From assembly GCA_030704615.1 (NCBI GenBank), contig CM060732.1, positions 61,132,001 through 61,196,000 on the forward strand: DNA of 64,000 bases, written 5' to 3'. The stretch is from Takakia lepidozioides (Eukaryota > Plantae > Bryophyta). Position numbers and translations under genes: made by a program. The notes beneath the pieces are model-generated. The model made no database searches. It was not told the origin of the DNA and saw nothing but the letters and a program-made list of their open reading frames with translations. Positions within the stretch are counted from its first letter, which is position 1. Each line of letters starts with the position of its first letter. Shown one piece after another: positions 63,550 to 64,000 of the stretch.

Positions 63550-64000
63550 TGCTGCGACCACCCTCATGCTGGTGGTCGCACCTATTAAAAAAAAAGAAAA
63601 ATGCTGCGACCACCCCCATGCTCATGGTCACAGAGAGTATTATTAAAAATAATAATAATAATAATAAATAAATTGCTGCGACCACCCCCCTGCTGGTGGT
63701 CACACCTATTAAACAAATAGAAAATTTCTATGACCACCCCCATGCTCGTGGTCCTACCTATTAAAAAAAAGAAAAATGCTGCGGCCACCCCATGCTCGTG
63801 GTCACAGAGAACATTTCAAAAAATAAAATAAAATAAAAATAAAAATAAAAATCTGCGACCACCTCCCTGCTGGTGGTCGCACCTATTAAAAAAACAAAAA
63901 AATGTTGCGACCACCCCTATGCTCGTGGTCGTAGATATTAAAAAATAGTGTTGCGACCACCCCCCTGATGGTGGTCGCACCTATTACAAATAAAATAAAA
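63550..64000. repeat. Array of TGCGACCACC-N7-GGTGGTCGCA hairpin repeats upstream of the hAT gene (runs off window)
   Basis: ~8-9 copies with A-rich linkers. Confidence 0.9.

Overview
Eukaryotic, repeat-rich nuclear DNA, most likely from a seed-free land plant (bryophyte, lycophyte or fern; inferred from PLS-DYW PPR genes, F-box/kelch genes, chromovirus, CACTA and hAT elements). Only two clearly intact host genes are present: a tandem pair of intronless F-box/kelch-like genes (6.8-11.0 kb, minus). The rest has five parts. (1) A family of decayed PLS-class PPR(-E-DYW) genes whose N-terminus carries an intron-split OSB-type 'PDF' motif; there is one near-complete pseudogene at 2.85-5.64 kb and many shuffled fragments at 21.6-26.1, 32.8-37.0 and 42.7-43.05 kb. 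(2) A four-level TE nest: a Ty3/gypsy with a dUTPase-like domain, a chromovirus inserted in it, a 7,000-bp non-autonomous CACTA (GAT TSD) splitting the chromovirus RT and carrying an 8 x ~375-bp PPR array, and a solo LTR (CCTGC TSD) inside the CACTA. (3) A spliced, degraded ParB/Srx-like (DGNHR) gene at 29.5-32.6 kb. (4) A 5.7-kb TIR element (8-9-bp TSD) carrying the SAM-binding half of a beta-class N4/N6 DNA methyltransferase and a SWIM-finger gene. (5) From ~45.9 kb to the end, a multi-gene module (kinase, RING-H2, unknown ORF, hAT transposase) whose genes share palindrome arrays and, for three of them, a core promoter motif; it is interrupted by LTR debris. The best candidates for undescribed biology are the PDF-PPR-DYW fusion, the ParB/MTase/SWIM transposon cargo and the putative giant multi-gene hAT-associated element. 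All domain calls are by-eye motif matches, not database searches.
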